DNA of 64,000 nt. It comes from Eledone cirrhosa (taxonomy: Eukaryota). The notes under the pieces are model-generated. The model searched no databases and was not told the origin of the DNA. It was given only the letters and a program-made list of their open reading frames with translations. The stretch spans positions 153,388,001 to 153,452,000 of the forward strand of contig OZ024742.1 of NCBI GenBank assembly GCA_964016885.1, given 5' to 3'. Made by a program: the position numbers and the translations under genes. Below, in pieces: positions 54,339-64,000 of the stretch; within the stretch, counting starts at the first letter, position 1, and every line of letters begins with the position of its first letter.

Positions 54339-55493
54339 ATAAACTATGGAGAAAAATACTGCAGGTAGCGCAGTATTTATAACATGTAATAAAATGAGTC
54401 CCTCATCAGTGATTTGCCGACGATCATAGATATTTCATTGCATTAAAAATCATATACGTCACGTCGGTACAATAACGACTAAAATAAGCTATTAGGACAA
54501 TTAAAACGCGTAAAGCGAGTGAGACAGGAGAACAACAAAGAGTATAGCTAACCGTAGGGGAATTAAACAAGCTTCATAATTATTCTGTTTAGCATAAGCT
54601 AGGTGAATATATGAGCGCTTTAGAAAAAAGACCTTACACGAACGAGGGCCATGTGAGAAGAGAGAAAAATATAGCTTTCGTGGTGTACGGGTTGAAGTGA
54701 AGAGAGGAGAAACAGTGAGTGAGTGAACGTGTGAGGAAGAATTAACTGACATGACAGAGGGGGCGAAAGAAAGTAGGAGAAACAGAGAGAATGGGGGAGC
54801 AATATATATATTTCATTAACACATTCCAACCTCTACTTAATGCACTAAACTTCGGACCAAACTAAAACTGCAACAAACAATCAAACATTTACAAGCGTTA
54901 CCACACTCATATCCTACCTAATCCTTTTTATTAAATAAATTAAATATCATCCAGCAAGAATTGCCTCCCCCTGCATATTAACTCTCTAAAAAGAGAAATT
55001 ATATCAAACCTCAGTCCACCATTAGCCTCCATCATGGAATCATGGATCAATTAAGCACTCTTGCTATATTAAAACATTTTGATCTGCTTAACTTCAAGAA
55101 CTATGCCTGTAAATAACATTATTTTTTCATTCACATTGACTTTTTATGCTCTACATTGCCGTTTTTTCTTTTTTCTTTTCACTTCATACACCTTGTTTGT
55201 AAATAACATGATTCTTTCTGCACTTTCTCTTTAACATGTGCGACACCAAAATTCTACACTAATACATATCACTATCAGTTGATAATGCATAAAAATCCTG
55301 AAACCGGTAATAGACAATTATTAAATATATAAATATATAAATAAATGCCATTGTTAAATAATAAATAAATCAACTAATACCGTAACACTTCACACAAAGT
55401 AAAACAGTTCGTTTTAATCCCTTTCTAACCCAGAAAATAATGAAAAACGAAGAAAAATATTGTTCCTCCTAATAATCGACCTTTTCTCCCTGT

Positions 55494-56304
<811 letters not shown>

Positions 56305-56309
<5 letters not shown>

Positions 56310-56684
56310 TAAACGGAATAGAACATGCTGACAAATTGTTCACAGTGAAAAATAGTTTAATTACGAATAAGTGAGAATTAGTAATTGTATTGGTTAGTAT
56401 TCAGTTTTGGTTTTAAGTTTTACCGGTTGCGCATTTCTAAATGCTTTTCAAAAATAATTTTGAGATAGAGCGTCCGTGATGTCTTCTCTGATCTGATTAG
56501 TTTTGGGGATTCTACCTGTTTTTATGTTAAAACAGTGGCTCCAGCGGTATTAAAACAGGTTTTTGAGCCAATTCGTGTTGCAAAAATTCTTGTGGTCAAA
56601 ACAATTTTGATTGGTCAGTAGAGGTCATGTGAATGTAAAAAATTGATTTTGCGCCGAGACTGAGAAATGACTCTTTCACAACAA

Positions 56685-56718
<34 letters not shown>

Positions 56719-56810
56719 TATTAGTAGTAAAGTGTTCGTTGTTGTGATAATGATTAGCAGGGATGTGTCTGAGAACTGCAGCCTGTTGAAAGTTCAAATG
56801 CCTATTAAGA

Positions 56811-56855
<45 letters not shown>

Positions 56856-59800
56856 CAGAGTAATTCGTGGTAGAGGGATGGTCAGTAGGAATGTGTCTGT
56901 AAGTAAGTGGGGGATATTTTAACATGTTAAAAGATATTTTTCAGCTCTTGTCTTATACGGAGAAGTCTGTGTGTGTAGCAGAGTAATTCGTGGTAGAGGG
57001 ATGGTCAGTAGGAATGTGTCTGTAAGTGAGTGGGGGATATGTTAACATGTTAAAAGATATTTTTCAGCTCTTGTCTTATACGGAGAAGTGTTTGTGTGTG
57101 TGTGTATAAGTCTCTTTGTATGTTAATGTACGCGTGTGTATGTTTGTGTGTATATGTGTTTGATATGTGTGTGTGTGTGTGTATGTGTGTATGTGTGCGT
57201 GTGCGTGATAATGTGTGTGTGTGTGTGGGTGGACCAGTATTTGTTTCCCCGGTAAAATGGTGTACATTATTCGATATTGTCAGTAAAATCGATTCTCTCA
57301 ATAGAACATCAAAAACCTTAATAATAAAAGGTGTGAAATGATATTCACTATATATACATATTCACTATATATATATATATATATTCACTATATATATATA
57401 TATATATATATTTGTGTTGCACCATAGAACATGTGTGTTTACGTATGTCATTGTGTTTATATGTGGGTAGAGATGTATGCTGATGTAAGTATGTATGTTG
57501 ACGTGTGTATGTTGTGGGTTCGTCTTAGGGAGAAGTGTTTAGACTGGGTCCGTATTTGTTAATAAAGTAAGATTCCTTGCTGATGCGCTGGGTGTGTGTG
57601 GCATTATCTTTAAATTTGTAGAGGAAAAAGATTCTGAAGTTGGGATGATTTTGGGCGGCACAGGTATCAATGTGTTCACTCAGTGGTATTTTCCTGTATT
57701 GCCGTATTTTAATTTGGGATCTATAGACAGTCATGCGTTGGCGGAGGCTGTTTTTGGTCTGGCCTATGTATTGTTCTCGACAACCTGAGCAAGTTAATAC
57801 ATATATTAGATTTTCCGATGCACATGTGAAATTGTGTTTTACTATAAAACGTTGTCCTTCTTTGAAATAGAATTACGAACCCTCTATTAAGTTGATGCAA
57901 ATGCCACAGTTGGGTCTATCGCATTTTTATACTGTGGGTTTCGTTGTTGTGGTTGGCAGTACTTTGGCTTGTGTTAGGATGTTTTTCATTGACTTAGATT
58001 GTCTTTTGCTCTTTATGATATCGTGTGTTCGTAGGATTTGGTTCATTCTATGGTCCTTTTTCCACACAGGGATGTCTAGAGGATGGTGTCAAAGGCCTCA
58101 TTGTTGAGGGAGTTGTGTGTGGAGATGTATGGAAGAGCTTTTAGTTTCGGTTGATTTACTTCAGGGTGTCTAATGTCCTGGGTACTGAGTTTTACGGCAC
58201 GTTGGATTCCATAGTCAATTAGTGATGCAGGGTAGTCCCTGCCTATGAGTGTGTCCTTTAGTTCTTGTAGCCGTAAGTAGCAGGTGTTTTTATTGGAGAC
58301 TATATTAGAGATTCTCTTGGCTAAGTTGTAGGGAATATTAATTTTAACGTGTCTCGGGTGGCAAGAGTTGAAAGGAAGATATTGCTTGGAGTCCGTGGGC
58401 TTGTAGTATATGTCTGTTTCTATTTTTCTGTTATGGATCTTAATGAGGATGTCGAGGAAGGGGAGTTGTTGATGGCTGTATTCCATCATGAAGTTAATAT
58501 TCATGTTGAGCCCATTTATAAGGGTGTGAAATTCTTTAAGTTTCTCGATGTTTTCGTGCCAAAGGATGAAGCAGTCATCTATATATCGCTTCCAGTTCCT
58601 TTCTATGTGTAAGTGGAGAGTGTTTCCAAATGTGTTTAGGACTTTAGTGTAGGGGGTGATTTCCAGGTATCCCATGACTAGGTTGGCATAAGTGGGGGCT
58701 GTTTTCGTTCCCATAGCGGTCCCAGATTTCTGCCTGTAGGGTTTGTTATTGAAAACGAAGTAATTGTTCTCCAAGATAAATTTGAGTCCCTCTATCACGA
58801 ATTCTTCTTTGATGCGTTGTGGGAGTTCATTGTGGTAATTATCCAGCCATAATTGGATAGCTTCTATTCCTAGGTTGTGGGGGTGTTGGAGTATAGGTTG
58901 ACTACATCAAACGTCACTAGTAGGGTTTGTTCAGAAAGTGGCATATTAGGGAGGTGATTGAGCATATCTAGGCCGTCCCTTATATATCTTTTGATGTGTT
59001 TGAGAAAGGGCTTGAGAAGGGTATCAATGAAGTTGCTAAGGCGGTGGGTTTCGCAAGCGGAGCCTGCTATTATAGTTATTAATTTGAGATCATTGGTTGA
59101 GGGGACACTGATGACTATGTCTGTGGTTTCCTTGCATGCCTTACTTATTAATTCGCTTTTATGTACTTTAGGGATACCGTAGAAAAGGCTGGATTTACTT
59201 GTGAAGTCTGTGATGAAGCTGAATTCCTTGTTAGTGAGTCCTTCTTTGTATTGGTTGATTAGAGTTTTTAGGTTTCTCATAATTTTCTGTTGATTGTAGT
59301 GTTCAGCCTTTTCGTAGTATGTTTCGTTTTCCAAAGTGGAGAGCGCTAAGTTGATATAGAAGTCTGTCTCCATTAGGACTACTGTACTCCCTTTATCAGC
59401 CTCTTTAATTGTAATGGTTCTGTCGGTTTTTAATCTATTTAATTCTTCCCATTCTTTCTTGTTGAGGTTTGGCTTGTGTTTTTGTCTGTGCAAGTGTTGG
59501 TAAGGGAAGTTTGTGATGTGTTCACAGAATTCGTCCAGTATTTTATTTCTACCCTTTGATGGGGTGTAATTGCTTCTATTTCTGGCTAATGATTCATCCT
59601 CATTGTACAGATCGAATAGTTGTTCAGCTGAAAATTATCTTTTAACATGTTAAAATATCCCCCACTCACTTACAGACACCTTCCTACTGACCATCCCTCT
59701 ACCACGAATTACTCTGCTATACACCCCCCACACACTTGTCTTAATAGGCATTTGAACTGTCAACAGGCTGTGGTTCGCACACACATCCCTGCTAACCAGT

Positions 59801-60226
59801 ATCACAACAACGAACACTTTACTACTACTACACACACACACACATATTTGTTGTGAAAGAGTCATTTCTCAGTCTTGGCGCAAAATCAATTTTTTACATT
59901 CACATGACCTCTACTGACCAATCAACATTTTTTGACCACAAGAATATTTGCAACATGAATTAGCGCAAAAACCTGTTTTAATACCGCTGGAGCCACTTTT
60001 TTAACATAAAAACAGGTAGAATTCCCGAAACTAATCAGATCAGAGCAAACATCACGGACGCTCTATCTCAAAATTATTTTTGAAAAGCATTTAGAAATGC
60101 GCAACCGGTAAAACTTAAAACCAAAACTGAATACTAACCAATACAATTACTAATTCTCACTTATTCCTAATTAAACTATTTTTCACTGTGAACAATTTTT
60201 CAACATTTTCTATTCCGTTTACAAAT
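56305..60226 (-). mobile_element. Penelope-like element (Neptune-type), 5'-truncated, with ~600-bp inverted pseudo-LTRs (56305-56946 / 59626-60226)
   Basis: RT and GIY-YIG coding remnants between long, moderately diverged inverted repeats; (TA)n at or near both ends; 123-bp local duplication at ~56853-57090. Confidence 0.92.
57525..59620 (-). pseudogene. Disrupted PLE polyprotein: RT, Cys-rich linker, GIY-YIG endonuclease
   Basis: IKEADKG, FYGIPKVHK, TFDVVNLYSN, GTAMGTKTAPTYAN, WKRYIDD, LPFLD, SCHP, CDRPNCGIC, NLIYVLTCSGCREQYIGQT, KESYFINKYGPSLN; frameshifts and stops. Confidence 0.93.
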
Positions 60227-60260
60227 ATATAATAACTTGTGTGTTACACCTCTATTCTTT

Positions 60261-60382
<122 letters not shown>

Positions 60383-60551
60383 GATATAGAGTGTTAGATA
60401 GATATATGTGTGTGTATGTGTATGAGTGTGTGTGTGAATATGTGTTTGTCTGCTTGGGTACGTGCGTGTATTTGTATGATTATCGTCCTTCCCCTTTCCA
60501 CCACTATGAATAAACAGATCTCTCTCTTTCTCTCTTTCTCTCTCTTTATAT

Positions 60552-60629
<78 letters not shown>

Positions 60630-62049
60630 ATCTCTCTCTTTCAATCTGTATTTATCTATCTAATTATATATATATGTGTGGTGGGGGGACGCGCGTTTGG
60701 TCAAATTACGTGAGAGTAAATTACTACCTAATGTATGATGGTTTCTAATTATCGAGCAACCCTTTTAACATACTCTAATTTTTTCTATAGCCCCAAGGCT
60801 TTCGAACTGGAAATCGATAAGAAAAACATTATCTTAAGTATTTGTTGCCTAACGCTCTGCGTTAAAAAGCAAACATGGTTTGTCTTCGTTGCCACAATAT
60901 ACAGCCATATTTAAGTCATCCTGATGGAGTTAGCTTGAAAGATACTGTTGATATAAATGTATTCACATTCATTCCTCTAAGATTTCTGCTCAAATTACCA
61001 CTGGTTGAAGTTTGACATTCACTCCTATAGGCTGATAAAATAAGTAACCAGTAATCTACTGATATTGATTCATTCAATTATACCCATTCCTTGAAAACAA
61101 ATGGCTTTATGCCTAGTCAAAAGAAATCTATAATTAATTAGAGTTTGTTTTATATAATAAAACGCAAATAAAAAAAAAACGCTGCAACTGTATATCAATA
61201 CCGTTGAGATAATCTAAATAAATATACTTTTTCTCACAAACTTTGGCTTTGGGTTTTCCTGTGCGTGTGGCTTTCACACCTAATTTAATACATTTAATCA
61301 TATTGGTTCAATTTACTTAGCCTATCAATTTTACCTGACGCTTTTAGATACGAAATAAACCTGATAAACAAAGAAGTCTTCGCTAGATTTTAGACTAAAA
61401 ATATTTGTAAACTCATGCAATGTAATGGAACTTTAAAATACATTCGTTTATTTATGCCAAATCAATTTCTTCCCAAAAATAGATACGTGTAAATCTACCA
61501 CATTGCATTTCGCATAAGATGCATTAGTATACGATATCATCTTCATCAGCCGTGTGTGAAGCACTGATAGTTTGATTTCTGTTTGCCAGAAAAAGTATTA
61601 GTTGGCGATCATTCTTTCTGTAAACGTCCTCTATCAATCTCTTCCTGTGCCAATATCGATATCTTGCTTTGGTGCATTCGTTTCAAACATTCTAAATGTT
61701 TCCTTATCCTCCTCCTCATCGCGTCTTCCCTATTTCAATTACTGTTTCCAATTCAGTTTTTAATATAGGTATAAAGACATATATAAAAATAATCACAATT
61801 TCTTATTTCGGCCAGAAAGAATTCGATGGCAACACAACTGTTGAAATGGTCGCAGTATATAACTAGTGTCTCTTTTCTGAACGCAAGCAAAAAACAAAAT
61901 GAAATTGAAAAGAAGTGGATTTCAAGTAAACATGTGAAGAATTCAAAATATTTTGTCCACTGATTATAACATTCAATCATAACCGTAATGAGATAAACAA
62001 ATGTCACGGTGTATATCTATATTCTCATATGCATTGTGATGAAATATTG

Positions 62050-63460
<1,411 letters not shown>

Positions 63461-64000
63461 TTTCGTCAAATCGGACCGAGGAAACAATGTTTCTATTGGT
63501 CTTTCCAATTGCTAATACTATCTATCCGTCGCAACTCCAGGTTATATATATATATATAAATGAAAAAAATAGCGTGCTGCGTTGTTGCGAATGTGAACAT
63601 ATGAATGAAAATAGACCGAGAAACAGGATTGTCCATCATCAGTAGTCTGCTGATATCATTGGTATTTCTTCGCATTAAAGCCTACTCCTAAAATCAATGC
63701 GAGCGATAACTAAATTAAGTTATCGGGACAGAGCGAATTGGAAGGGAAAATGAAACAAACAACATGGTAGTAATGCAACGTAAAGAGAGACAAGTCAATG
63801 AATATTGTGCGCTTAAGTCCGAACAGATCAAATGATGAGGAGAGGCAGACACGTCCAAGTCACGCGGAAAGTGAGAGAGAAAATAATTTCATATAGGTCA
63901 GACGGGAGGGAGTGAGAGGGGGGGGGGCAGCAGAGAGTGAGTGAGTGAAAGTATGAGGAAGAGGCCAGCCGAGAGTGTGTGACCAGCAGCGGTGATGAAA

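Noticed and set aside
54395-54415. CTGATGA on the minus strand
   Set aside because: No GAAA or closing stems downstream; not a hammerhead as it stands

Overview
AT-rich, microsatellite-laden eukaryotic DNA with no host gene I can support. The (TA)n/(CA)n density and the MetaSINE-type SINEs suggest a mollusc, probably a cephalopod (inference). The window is almost all retroelement sequence. (1) Three tandem L1/Tx1-clade LINEs at 6.3-22.3 kb are bounded by (TATC)n, and the third is intact. In all three, a GT splice donor overlaps the ORF1 stop and an AG acceptor coincides with the ORF2 stop. (2) A near-perfect 470-bp tandem array (13 full units, a partial unit and an inverted 306-bp end; 27.4-34.06 kb) carries a minimal type I hammerhead ribozyme in every full unit, i.e. 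a retrozyme-like concatemer. (3) About ten further hammerhead or hammerhead-relic motifs lie in mutually unrelated, mostly (TA)n-embedded foldback or repeat elements and Penelope-like 3' ends. (4) There is a Neptune-type Penelope-like element with inverted terminal repeats, plus other PLE, RTE, SINE and Helitron-like relics. All structures were read by eye; no folding, alignment or database search was run.
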